DNA of 63,523 nucleotides, filler included, from Chiloscyllium plagiosum (lineage: Eukaryota): assembly GCF_004010195.1 (NCBI RefSeq). It is 4 parts of one record of this genome, joined end to end, with 100 filler letters (N's around TTAATTAATTAA, not from the genome) between each part and the next. Parts side by side here need not be neighbours in the genome. Positions count along the whole stretch, not along the records: positions 47,135 to 63,523 come from NC_057712.1; 3 more parts are not named here. One strand, 5' to 3'. Each line of letters starts with the position of its first letter. Position 1 is the stretch's first letter. Positions 51,170-63,171 of the stretch are shown piece by piece. The translations under genes were made by a program, and so were the position numbers. The notes beneath the pieces were generated by a model. That model had not been told where the DNA came from. It saw only the letters and a list, made by a program, of their open reading frames with translations, and did not search any database.

Positions 51170-51733
51170 TTAGCAAGTTTTGAGAAGATTTGTAGCTTAG
51201 TTGAGGTTCTGGATGTAGGTTTGCTCAGAGCTGGAAGGTTCATTTTCAGACATTTCATCATCATACTAGGTAACATCTTCAGTGACCTCTGGATGAAGCA
51301 CTGCTGATGATTCCTGCTTTCTATTTATATGTTTGGGTTTAGTTGGGTTGGTGGTGTCATTTCCTGTGATGATGTCATTTCCTATGGTGATGTAATTTCC
51401 TGTTCTTTTTCTCAGGGGGTGGTAAATCAGGTCCAAGTCAATGTGTTTGGTGATAGAATTCCGGTTGGAATGCTATGCTTCTAGGAATTCTCGTGTGTGT
51501 CTCTGTTTGGCTTGTCCTAGGATGGATGTATTGTCCCAGTTGACAGGAAAAAGAACAGAAAATGACATCACCACAGGAAATGACATCACTAACCCAAAGA
51601 AACCCAAACATATAAATAGAAAGCAGGAATCATCAGCAGTCCTTCATTTGGAGGTTGCTGATGATGTTACCTAGTATGGTGACGAAACATCTAAAAATGA
51701 ACCTTCCAGCTCAGCAAGCAAACCTACATCCAG
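51170..51733. mobile_element. Fold-back non-autonomous Penelope derivative with two hammerhead motifs
   Basis: Inverted arms 51209-51411 and 51547-51733; the spacer encodes the GIY-YIG tail WDNTSILGQAK..REFLEA on the minus strand; HHR motifs at 51246-51285 (-) and 51655-51694 (+). Confidence 0.85.
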
Positions 51734-52529
51734 TGTTTATATATGGGTAACTGCGTGCTGAACAAAGGCCGAAGGGAGGTAGTCAGAGGGGACTTTGCTG
51801 GGAATGGATGCAGAGGAAGAGAAATTGAAAAGAAAGCTTACAGTATGTAAACATTTAAAAAGCTTCTGTCATAAAGTCCTATTCATTTGGAACCGGTGTA
51901 CCTTATCTCTGCACACCTCTCAGGCACAAAGCACACTTAACCAGTGAGATGTTGAGGAGCAGGAGAAGGATGTGGAGGTGGAACAAAAGCTGGAGCCTGA
52001 ACAGTCATCTTCTTGTTCCATTGTCCAGAAATAGCTCATCTGAATCTGACACCAAGTATCACAGGCTTATTTTTCTCCATTAACCAACAGCTCCAAACTC
52101 CTTAACTTTTCTCTGTCACTGGCCACCATATTATTCCGCTAGCCACAATGCAAACAAAAGCTATTGCAAAATTCACATTCCAAACCAAGATTAAAAATTA
52201 AAACATGTCCATTTGCTTATGCTGACCTTCTGTCCACCTTTGGTTATTCCAGAGTTTCTAAACAGTGTCTCCAGTGTGGCTTCCAATTTGCAGTGAAGGA
52301 TGAGGCTCTATTTGATATCCTTAGTGGGTGTCTTGGAGCAGTTTTGGGTGTAAATTGCATTTATCTTGACATGGTTTAGTGAAAGTCTGGGCTCATCCAT
52401 TTGACAAGGAACAGCTCGGGCATTGCTGTGTGGCAGGAATGGGAAATTGCTGTTTTTGTGAGAGAGGACAGCAGATTTATACTCCAAAGGCCCACTGCCA
52501 TATCACTGGCTGACATCTCAGCAATACTA

Positions 52530-52920
52530 GCTATCTGTTAAGAGACAGATTCCTGGAATATTTTAATACCCTGCTGGCCCCTTTGAACACTGGTATCAGT
52601 AGCCCTGATGGCAGCAAGCTGAACTGGCATGACCTGGTTCTAAACAAATTTAACATCACTGCTCTGCTCGAAATGTACCTCAAGGCTTGTTTTCTTTCTC
52701 TTATCACCTTGTTAAACCACATTGCTACTTTTAGTGATGTGTATACCTGCACCTCCATATCCTTCTGCTGCCTTATCGCATTCAGACTCTCATTTTTCAA
52801 GAGCTATGTGGCCTCCGTGTTCTTTTTTATTAAAATATAGTGCCACATCGTACTTAGCTATATTGGTGTTCATTTGCCAATTACATGTCCATTCTTCAAG
52901 TTTATCCCTGACTTCCTGTA
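52530..52920 (-). mobile_element. Ancient CR1 RT fragment
   Basis: QQKDMEVQVYTSLKVA..MLNLFRT resembles CR1 EQRDLGVQVH.SLKVA..MLQLY. Confidence 0.6.
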
Positions 52921-53655
52921 CTTTTTCCCAACTCTCCTCTGTGGTAATTGCATCCCTCTCCTCCCCAATTTACACGTTAAGAGAGTCTACATAAAATAAG
53001 GGAACTATAAGTTTATTGTTGAATGTTATTCAGAATTAATGTAATTTTGCCCCTCGGGTTTGGGTACAATCCAGAATTCTGCACTGAGTGAACCAGTCCA
53101 TTAAACTCACTTCCCAATGTACACCAGATTACAAGATGAAACTGCTTCAAACCACCACTAATTGGCAAAATCTGCTGTGAAACATTTTAAGGATATTGAG
53201 TTCAGACAATTGATGCAGTAGAGATATTTTAATGAAGCATTTGATGAATATATGATACTATCATTGGATACTAATTATGTGAAGAGATAAGTTTGCGTTC
53301 CCAGTAGCTTAAAGAACACAAAACGAAATCCAATTTAACATACAATAAAGCAAATAATTCATTTTCTGATGTTTAACTTGGACTGTTTTGCAGATTGCCT
53401 AGAAAATCAAAGCAGAGTGGAACTAGGATTTTAAAAAATCGAAAGAACTCCCATAATAACTTAAATAAGTACAGAATAGGCTTGAAGAGGAGGTGTCAAT
53501 TAACAGCATGAAGAGGCAGCTTGTTTTATGTGTGTTGGAAAGAGAGCATGAGAAGTAATTGAGATATTCATCATTCCGTTTGATTTTTAGCAGGGAACTT
53601 AGAGCAAGAAAGTTTCAGAGTAATTTTCTGCCTTTCCTCCTGATAAGGGCTTCTG

Positions 53656-53740
53656 CCCACAAGCAGAAGACCCACGAGTAGGAACAAGAACCACCAGCAA
53701 GCAGAGGTCCCACCAGCAGGTAGAAGTCTCACCAGTGGAC
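53656..53740 (-). repeat. Inverted head (~4 units) of the 19-bp minisatellite
   Basis: caagcagaagacccac / ccaccagcaagcagaggtcccaccagcag are reverse complements of array units. Confidence 0.9.
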
Positions 53741-56700
53741 TGGTGGGACTTCCGTCCACTGGTGGGTGTTCTGCCTGCTGGTGGGTCTTCTGCCTGCTGG
53801 TGGGTCTTCTGCCTGCTGGTGGGTCTTCTGCCTGCTGGTGGGTCTTCTGCTTGCTGATGGGACTTCTGCTTGCTGGTGGGTCTTCTGCTTGCTGATGGGA
53901 CTTCTGCCTACTGGTGGGTCATCAGCCTGCTGGTGGGTCATATGCTTGCTGGTGGGACTTCTACCTACTGTGGGACTTCTGCTTGCTGGTGGGACTTCTG
54001 TCCACTGGTGGGTCTTCTACCTACTGGTGGGTCTTCTGCTTGCTGGTGGGTCTTCTGCCTACTGGTGGGACCTCTGCTTGCTGGTGGGTCTTCTGTCTAA
54101 TGGTGGGATCTCTGCCCACTGGTGGGCCTTCTGCTTGCTGGTGGGTCTTCTGCCTACTGGTGGGACCTCTGCTTGCTGGTGGGTCTTCTGCCTAATGGTG
54201 GGACTTCTGCCCGCTGTTGGGTCTCCTGCCTGCTGGTGGGACCTCTGTCCACTGGTGGGTCTTCTGCCTACTGGTGGGTCTTCTGCCTGCTGGTGGGACT
54301 TCTGCCTGCTGGTGGGTCTCCTGCCTGCTGGTGGGTCATCAGCCTACTGGTGGGTCTTCTGCTTGCTGGTGGGTCATCTGCCTACTGGTGGGACTGCTGC
54401 TTGCTTTTGGGTCTTATGCCCACTTGTGGGTCTTCTGCCTAATGGTGGGACTTCTGTCCACTATTGGATCTTCTGCCTGCTGGTGGGTCTTCTGCCTGCT
54501 GGTGGGTCTTCTGCCTGCTGGTGGGTCATCTGCTTGCTGATGTGCCTTCTGCTTGCTGGTGGGTCTTCTGCCTACTGGTGGGTGATCAACCTGCTGGTGG
54601 ATCGTATGCTTGCTGGTGGGACCTCTGTCCACTGGTCGGACCTCTGTCCACTGGTGGGTGTTCTGCCTGCTGGTGGGTCTTCTACCTACTGGTGGGACAT
54701 CTATCCACTGGTGGGTCTTCTGCTTGCTGGTGGGACTTCTGCTTGCTGCTGGTGGGTCTTCTGCCTGCTGGTGGGTCTTCTGCCTGCTGGTGGGTCGTCT
54801 GCTTGCTGGTGGGTCTTCTGCCTGGTGATGGGTCTCCTGCCCACTGGTGGGTCATCAGCCTGCTGGTGGGTTGTCTGCTTGCTGGTGGGACTTCTGTCCA
54901 CTGGTGGGTCTTCTGCTTGCTGGTGGGTCTTCTGCCTACTGGTGGGTGATCAACCTGCTGGTGGATCGTATGCTTGATGGTGGGACCTCTGTCCACTGGT
55001 GCAACCTCTGTCCACTGGTGGGTGTTCTGCCTGCTGGTGGGACTTCTGCCCGCTGGTGGGTGTTCTGCCTGCTGGTGGGTCTTCTACCTACTGGTGGGAC
55101 TTCTATCCACTGGTGAGTCTTCTGCTTGCTGGTGGGTCTTCTGCTTGCTGGTGGGTCTTCTGCTTGCTGGTGGGACTTCTGCTTGCTGCTGGGTTGTCTG
55201 CCTGCTAGTGGGTCTCCTGCCCGCTGGTGGGTCTCCTGCCCACTGGTGGGTCGTCAGCCTGCTGGTGGGTCGTCTGCCTGCTGGTGGGTCGTCTGCCTGC
55301 TGGTGGGTCTTCTGCTTGCTGGTCGGACTTCTGCCCACTGGTGGGTCTTCTGCTTGCTGGTGGGTCTTCTGCCTACTGGTGGGGGACTTCTGCCCACTGG
55401 TGGGTATTCTGTGTACTAGTTGATCTTCTGCCTACTGGTGGGTCTTCTCTCTACTGGTGCGACTGCTGCTTGCTGGTGGATCTTCTGCCCACTTGTGGGT
55501 CTTCTGCCTAATGGTGGGACTTCTGTCCACTGTTGGATCTTCTGCCTGCTGGTGGGTGTTCTGCTTGCTGGTGGGTGTTCTGCTTGCTGGTGGGTGTTCT
55601 GCCTGCTGGTGGGTGTTCTGCCTGCTGGTGGGTCTTCTGCTTGCTGATGGAACTTCTGCTTGGTAGTGGGTCTTCTGCCTACTGGTGGGTGATCAACCTG
55701 CTGGTGGGTCGTATGCTTGCTGGTGGGACCTCTGTCCACTGGTGGGACCTCTGTCCACTGGTGGGACCTCTGCCTACTGGTGGGTCTTCTGCCTGCTGGT
55801 GGGTCTCCTGTCTGCCTACTGGTAGGTCTTCTGCTTGCCGGTGGGTTTTCTGCCTACTGGTGGGACTGCTGCTTGCTGGTGGATCTTCTGCCCACTTGTG
55901 GGTCTTCTGCCTAATGGTGGGACTTCTGTCCACTGTTGGATCTTTTGCTTGCTGATGGGACTTCTGCTTGCTGGTGGGACCTCTGCCTACTGGTGGGTCT
56001 TCTGCCTACTGGTGGGTCTTCTGCCTACTGGTGGGTCATCAGCCTGCTGGTGGGACGTCTGCCTACTGGTGGGACTTCTATCCACTGGTGGGTCTTCTGC
56101 TTGCTGATGGGACTTCTGCTTGCTGGTGGGACCTCTGCCTACTGGTGGGTCTTCTGCCTACTGGTGGGTCTTCTGCCTACTGGTGGATCTTCTGCTTGCT
56201 GGAGGGTCATCTGCCTACTGGTGGGTCTTCTGCTTGCCAGTGGGTCTTCCGCCTACTGGTGGGACTGCTGCTTGCTGGTGGGTCTTCTGCCCACTTGTGG
56301 GTCTTCTGCCTACTGGTGGGACTTCTGTCCACTGTTGGATCTTTTGCTTGCTGGTGGGTCTTCTGCCTGCTGGTGGGTCGTCTGCCTACTGGTGGGACTG
56401 CTGTCCACTGTTGGATCTTTTGCTTGCTGATGGGACTTCTGCTTGCTGGTGGGACTTCTGCCTACTGGTGGGTCATCAGCCTGCTGGTGGGTCTTCTGCT
56501 TGCCAGTGGGTCTTCCGCCTACTGGTGGGACTGCTGCTTGCTGGTGGGTCTTCTGCCCACTTGTGGGTCTTCTGCCTACTGGTGGGACTTCTGTCCACTG
56601 TTGGATCTTTTGCTTGCTGGTGGGTCTTCTGCCTGCTGGTGGGTCTTCTGCCTACTGGTGGGTCTTCTGCCCACTGGTGGGACTTCTGCTTGCTGGTGGG

Positions 56701-59149
56701 TATTCTGCGTACTGGTGGGTCTTCTGCTTGCTGGTGTGACCTCTGTCCACTGGTGGTTCTTCTGCCTACTGGTGGGTATTCTGCCTGCTGGTGGTGCTTC
56801 TGCTTGCTTGTGGGTCTTGTGCCTATTGGTGGGTCTTCTGCTTGCTGGTGGGACGTCCGCTTGCTGCTGGTGGGACGTCTGCTTGCTGCTGGTGTGTCTC
56901 CTGCCTGGTGGTGGGTCGTCTGCCTGCTGGTGGGACTTCTGCCCTCTGATGGGTCTTCTGTCCGCCGGTGTGTCTTCTGCCTACTGGTGGGACCTCTGTC
57001 CACTGGTGGGACCTCTGTCCACTGGTGGGTGTTCTGCCTACTGGTGGGTCTTCTGCCTGCTGGTGGGACTTCTGCCTGCTGGTGGGACTTTTGCCCGCTG
57101 GTGGGTCTCCTGCCTGCTGGTGGGACTTCTGCCTACTGGTGGGACTTGTGCCTACCGGTGGGACGTCTGCCTGCTGGTGTGTCTTCTGCCTACTCGTGGG
57201 ACTTCTGTCTACTGGTGGAGGACTTCTGCCTGCTGGTGGGTATTCTGCGTACTGGTTGGTGTTCTGCTTGCTGGTGGGTGTTCTACCTACTGGTGGGACG
57301 TCTATCCACTAGTGAGTCTTCTGCCTGCTGGTGGGACTTGTGCCTATCGGTGGGTCTTCTGCTTGCTGGTGGGACTTCTGCTTGCTGCTGGTGGGACTTC
57401 TGCTTGCTGGTGGGACTTCTGCTTGCTGGTGGGACTTCTGCTTGCTGGTGGGTCTTCTGCCTACTGGTGGGACTTCTGCTTGCTGCTGGGTCGTCTGCTT
57501 GCTGGTGCGTCGTCTGCTTGCTGGTGCGTCGTCTGCTTGCTGGTGTGTCTTCTGCCTACTGGTGGGTCTTCTGTCTACTGGTGGGTCTTCTGTCTACTGA
57601 TGGGTCTTCCGCTTGCTGGTGGATCATCTGCCTACTGGTGGGTCTTCTGCCTACTGGTGAGTTGTCTGCCTGCTGGTGGGTCTTCTGCAAGCTGGTGGGT
57701 GGGTCTTCTGCACACTGGTGGGTCTTCTGCCCGCTGATGGGACTTCTGCCCACTGATGGGTCTTCTGCTTGCTGGTGGGTCATCTGCCTACTGGTGGGAC
57801 TGCTGCTTGCTAGTGGGTCTTATGCCCACTTGTGGGTCTTCTGCCTAATGGTGGGACTTCTGTCCACTGTTGGATCTTCTGCCTGCTGGTGGGATGTCTG
57901 CTTACTGGTGGGTCTTCTGCCTGCTGGTGTGACCTCTCTCTGCTGGTGCGTCTTCTGCTTGATGGTGGGTCTTCTGTTTGCTGGTGTGTCTTCTGCTTGC
58001 TGGTAGGTCTTCTGTCTACTGGTTGGACTGCTGCCTGCTGGTGGGACTGCTGCCAGCTGGTGGGACTGCTGCCTGCTGGTGGGACTGCTGTCTACTGGTG
58101 GGTCTTCTGCCCGCTGGTGGGTCTTCTGCCCGCTGGTGGGTCTTCTGTCTACTGGTGGGAGTTCTGCCCAATCATTGGGTCTTCTGCCCAATCATTGGGT
58201 CTTCTGCCCGCTGGTGGGCATTCTGCCTACTTGTGGGACTGCTGCTTGCTGGTGGGTCTTCTGCCTACTGGTGGGACCTCTGTCTGCTGGTTCGTCATCT
58301 GCCCACTGGTGGGTCTTCTGCTTGCTGGTGGGTCTTCTGCTTGCTGGTAGGTCTTCTGTCTACTGGTGGGACTGCTGCTTGCTGGTGGGACGGCTGCTTG
58401 CTGGTGGGACTGCTGCCTGCTGGTTGGCCTTCCGTCTACTGGTGGGACTGCTGCTTGCTGGTGGGTCTTCTGTCTTCTGTTGGGAGTTCTGCCCACTCAT
58501 TGGGTCTTCTGCCTACTGGTGGGTCTTCTGCCTGCTGGTGGGTCTTCTTGCTGCTGGTGGGTCTTCTGCCCGCTGGTGGGTCTTCTGCCCGCTGGTGGGT
58601 CTTCTGCCTGCTGGCGGGTCTTCTGCCTACTGGTGGGTCGTCTGCCTGCTGGTGGGTCTTCTGCCTGCTGGTGGGTCTTCTGCCTGCTGGCGGGTCTTCT
58701 ACCTACTGGTGGGTCGTCTGCCTGATGGTGGGTCGTCTGCCTGCTGGTGGGTCATCTGCCTGCTGGTGGGTCGTCTGCCTGCTGGTGGGTCTTCTGCCCG
58801 CTGGTGGGTCTTCTGCCTACTGGTGGGTCTTCTGCCTGCTGGTGGGTCTTCTGCCCGCTGGTGGGTCGTCTGCCTACTGGCGGGTCTTCTGCCTCCTGGT
58901 GGGTCTTCTACCTACTGGTGGGTCGTCTGCCTGATGGTGGGTCATCTGCCTGCTGGTGGGTCGTCTGCCTGCTGGTGGGTCGTCTGCCTGCTGGTGGGTC
59001 ATCTGCCTGCTGGTTGGTCTTCTGCCCGCTGGTGGGTCTTCTGCCTACTGGTGGGTCGTCTGCCTGCTGGTGGGTCGTCTGTCTACTGGCGGGTCTTCTG
59101 CCCACTGATGTGTTGTCTGCCTGGTGGTGAGTCTTCTGCCTACTGGTGG
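53741..59149 (+). repeat. ~5.4-kb 19-bp minisatellite (consensus CTGGTGGGTCTTCTGCCTG, ~285 units)
   Basis: Read directly; the 19-aa periodicity WWVFCLLVGLLPAGGSSAC in the ORF track equals 3 x 19 nt. Confidence 0.98.
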
Positions 59150-60184
59150 AACTTTTTGAAAGTTTGAATGGCTCTTCATTATAGTGACAGTATGACATTA
59201 ATCAGAAACAAAGTGATCTCCTTTACTAATTCATCCAGTTTAAGAGCCAGGAAGAGGAAGTATTCAAATTGTCTCTCCCCATGATTTTATCCAGCCCCAG
59301 GAAATTATATATTGGGATGGGGAAGATGTATGTTTTGTTCCAAAATGTCCTCTTGGTTAGGTTGGGCAATCTGGAGGGATCTGTTTATCTCTTCCTCTTC
59401 ATTTTTTTTGTAGATTTGGAAGTAGAAACCATTTTACAACATTGGATCCCTGAGTTATTGACAGCACAGCAACTTTGGAAGCTATATGGATTTCCTGCAG
59501 CCTACCCTGGTGGCTGGTAGTACAGCAGCTGGAGATTTCACCCTTTAGTGTCATTCCGGGAGGTATTTCAAAAGGTATGTGGTGGTTGATGGTAGTGATA
59601 ACAGTTGGGATAAATACATATGGTACACTGATACCAAGCAGAGTAGGATTGATAGGCTCATGGCTGTTTTCTCAATCTGAAAGGTTTTAGGTTATTAATT
59701 TCACTGACTGCATGGGAAATCCAGACCAGTGGGTGATAGACACTGTGCAAACTGATTTAATTAGTTAGCAAGGGATGGAGAAAAACATCACCATGTCTGG
59801 ATTTTCTGTACTTTGTGTCAAAATCAGCTCAGGCTCGCAGTTCTGATACCTATTGAGCACCAGTCTATGAGAGAAATTTCTCTTCTAGCTGAAGTATTAA
59901 TTTTTCTCTGTGTCACTTTACTAAAATATGTTTGAGTCCTGACTGTGTGTCCAACAGTATCAAGCCTGGCTGCAATGCTTTCTGACACTCACTGAAGCAG
60001 CAGTGTAACTAGAACTGTTGCTGCTTCAGTGATTTGTGTGCCTTAACCTAAAAGAAATAGCCTTGCCATGAGTTAAGTCAAGGTGTTGCTGGTATTTAGT
60101 GCATAACACAATGGAGTTTGGATTTGGTTTATCAGACATCAACAACAATGGAAGAACTTCTGGTTGAACCTTTAGCAAAAGGGC

Positions 60185-60275
60185 TTGGATTTATATAGCA
60201 CCTTTCAAACTTCAGTACATCAGAAATCACCTTGTGGCCAATAAAGTAGTTCTGAACTGTCGTCAGGGTTGGAGT
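60185..60275 (-). mobile_element. L2 / Deu-SINE-type 3' tail fragment
   Basis: gcttggatttatatagcacctttc is the reverse complement of the typical L2-like tail. Confidence 0.5.
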
Positions 60276-60599
60276 GTAAGAACAGTTTGGATAAATATAT
60301 AGCCCTTTAATTGCTCTGATGCCTTAAATGTATATCCAGGGAATCCATTGTAATCAATTATGTATGGGCCAAAGTACAAAATTCAGAACTCAGCTTGATA
60401 GTTCAAAAGAAACGTCTCGTGTGGAATGATTTATGAAGAATGTATGGGGACTAACAATGTAAATATAATGGAACTTTCTAAGCTCTTTTGTGGAAATGGT
60501 AGTGCGAATTTTGATGAAATCCCACCAGAGAATCTGATAGTGAAACAGTTTGTGTTATTTGACTATCCAATAACACATTGAGTCAAAAATTCAGATACA

Positions 60600-60810
60600 T
60601 AGCAGATACCAGAAGGCCTGATAGTTGTCAGAGATATGTGTTAGATCCCTGGAGATATGATCCTGGAATAAAATAGCTGTCAAATCCCTAAAAGTCTAAT
60701 TGTGAAATAGGATATGTATCAGACCCCTGGTGGTCCAGTCAGTGGAGTGTGACTTGTATCACATCCTTGGCATTCCAGTTGTTTATTGAGTTTGTATCAG
60801 ATCCCAGACT
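60600..60810. repeat. Degenerate 39-bp tandem repeat (5-6 units)
   Basis: CAGATCCC-like anchors at 60603, 60642, 60681, 60720, 60760 and 60798. Confidence 0.7.
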
Positions 60811-61827
60811 ACATGTTAGGTTTCACACACATTAAAGCAGTGCAATGAATTTGGACCATTCTTTATTTAGTCTTTATTTGTCTTTTGCCTCCACCTTGAT
60901 TTGAACATTATATCTATAAATGGTTTAAAATTCAGAAAGAATTTTAGTAAATCAAAAATAAATTGTATTTACAGTAAAAGCACTTACACAATGAGTACTG
61001 GTGACATTAATGGAGTATTATGAAAAAGGCTATTCAGTCACATTGAGAATGTTAAATCAGCTTCTATGTGCCTGTAGGATCAAAATCATATTAACGCAAT
61101 AGCTTTGATCATGTCACCAACATTCATTCAGTGTTTTAATAAAAATATATTTTAAAACAATCATCAGAACCAATGAGGCAAACTAAAAGAATATGACTTT
61201 AACAAAAGGAAATTCTCCAGTAAGACTCGTCCTTAAAAATTGCTGAATTACTGGATGTGACATTACCATTACAATAATGACAATTTTTCAGTCCTTCTAT
61301 TTATTTCTATAGACTGGAAGTATAGATTCACCCAACCAAATAATTCCTCTAAAACAGCTTTCCAGATATAATCTTCTTTGAAGCGGATACTCTGCTTTCT
61401 CCTGGACAATCATTTCCTTGATATGGGCCCACCGTATTTATACTAATGATCACCAAACCCCATTACATGAAAACATATCCACAATCACACACTTCTGCTC
61501 ATACTTCTTAGGGATTTTTAAAAGGTGACTCTAGATTTCTTTTATCTATTCCTTTTTCTATCCTTCCCTTTTATCTTCTTATAATGTTGATCGCAAGGAT
61601 ATCAGAAATAAGGGTGGGGATGGACAATATGGTCCATGCTCTGCTCTGCTATTTGTTGTAATCATGGTTGATGTTCAGGTTTAACTCCATCACCCTGTTC
61701 CCTTTTTCTTGATTCCCTGAGAGAGCAAAAGTCTGTCATTCACATCCTACTTATATTCGAAGATGAAGTATTTGCAATCCTCTGAGGTGATGAATTCTGC
61801 AGATTCCTCCTCATCTCAGTCCTAAAT

Positions 61828-63170
61828 AGAGTCATAGAGATGTACAGCATGGAAACAGACCCTTCGGCCCAATCCGTCCATGCCGACCAGATATCCCAAC
61901 CCAATCTAGTCCCACCTGCCAGCACCCAGCCCATATCCCTCCAAACCCTTCCTATTCCTATACCCATCCAAGTGTCTCTTAAATGTTGCAATTGTACCAG
62001 CCTCCACCACATCCTCTGGCAGCTCATTCCATACCCGTACCACCCTCTGTGTGAAAAAGTTGCCCCTTAGGTCCCTTTTAGGTCCTCCAACCCTGGCAAC
62101 ATTCTTTTAAATATTTTCTGAACCCTTTCAAGTTTCACAACATCTTTCTGATAGGAAGGAGACCAGAATTGCACACAATATTCCAACAGTGGCCGAACCA
62201 ATGTCCTGTACAGCCGCAACATGACCTCTCAACTCCTGTACTCAATACTCTGACCAATAAAGGAAAGCATACCAAATGCCTTCTTCACTATCCTATCTAC
62301 CTGCGATTCCACTTTCAAGGAGCTATGAACCTGCACTCAAAGATCTCTTTGTTCAGCAATACTCCCTAGGACCTTACCATTAAGTGTATAAGTCCTGCTA
62401 AGATTTGCTTTCCCACGCAATATTCCAACAGTGGCCGAACCAATGTCCTCTTATGCTCGCATCCAAATCATTTATATAAATGACAAAACGTAGAGGGCCC
62501 AGCACCGATCCTTGTGGCACTCCACTGGTCACAGGCCTCCAGTCTGAAAACTAATCCTCCATCACCACCCTCTGTCTTCTACCTTTGAGCCAGTTCTGTA
62601 TCCAAATGGCTAGTTCCGCGAGATCTAACCTTGCTAATCAGTCTCCCATGGGGAACCTTATTGAATGCCTTACTGAAGTCCATATAGATCACATCTACCG
62701 CTCTGTCCTCATCAATCCTCTTTGTTACTTCATCAAAAAACTTAATCAAGTTCCCTGGCTTGTCCTTACCGCCCTTCTTAAACAGTGGCACCACGTTAGC
62801 CAACCTCCAGTCTTCCAACACCTCACCTGTGACTATCGATGATACAAATATCTCAGCAAGAGGCCAAGCAATCACTTCTCGAGCTTCCCACAGCATTCTC
62901 GGGTACACCTGTTAAGGTCCTGGGGATTTATCCACCTTTAACCGTTTCAAGACATCCAGCACTTCCTCCTCTGTAATCTGGACATTTTGCAAGTTGTCAC
63001 TGTCTATTTCCCAACAGTCTATATTTTCCAAATCCTTTTCCACAGTAAATACTGATGCAAAATACTCATTTAGTATCTCCCCCATTTTCTGCAGCACCAT
63101 GCAAAGACCGCCTTGCTGATCTTTGAGGGGCCCTATTCTCTCCTTCGTACTCTTTTGAACTTAATGTATT
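61828..63170 (-). mobile_element. CR1 with several internal deletions
   Basis: ILNEYFASVFT, DKSPGP, IYMDFSKAF and 3'UTR at 61828; deletion junctions at ~62080, ~62413 and ~62750. Confidence 0.93.
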
Positions 63171-63171
63171 T

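Noticed and set aside
53741..59149. CRISPR array, Ig switch region or zinc-finger array
   Set aside because: No unique spacers; AGCT is essentially absent; the period is 19 bp rather than 84 bp.
53766..59167. Long ORFs (up to 628 aa) rich in W/C/L/G on the plus strand and Q/P/R on the minus strand
   Set aside because: The 19-bp consensus has no stop in any frame on either strand, so overlapping ORFs with the same peptide appear in all frames; variants add stops and frameshifts freely.
59475..59690. Possible Harbinger Myb/SANT remnant (also ~52230-52330)
   Set aside because: Similarity is too faint to support by eye.
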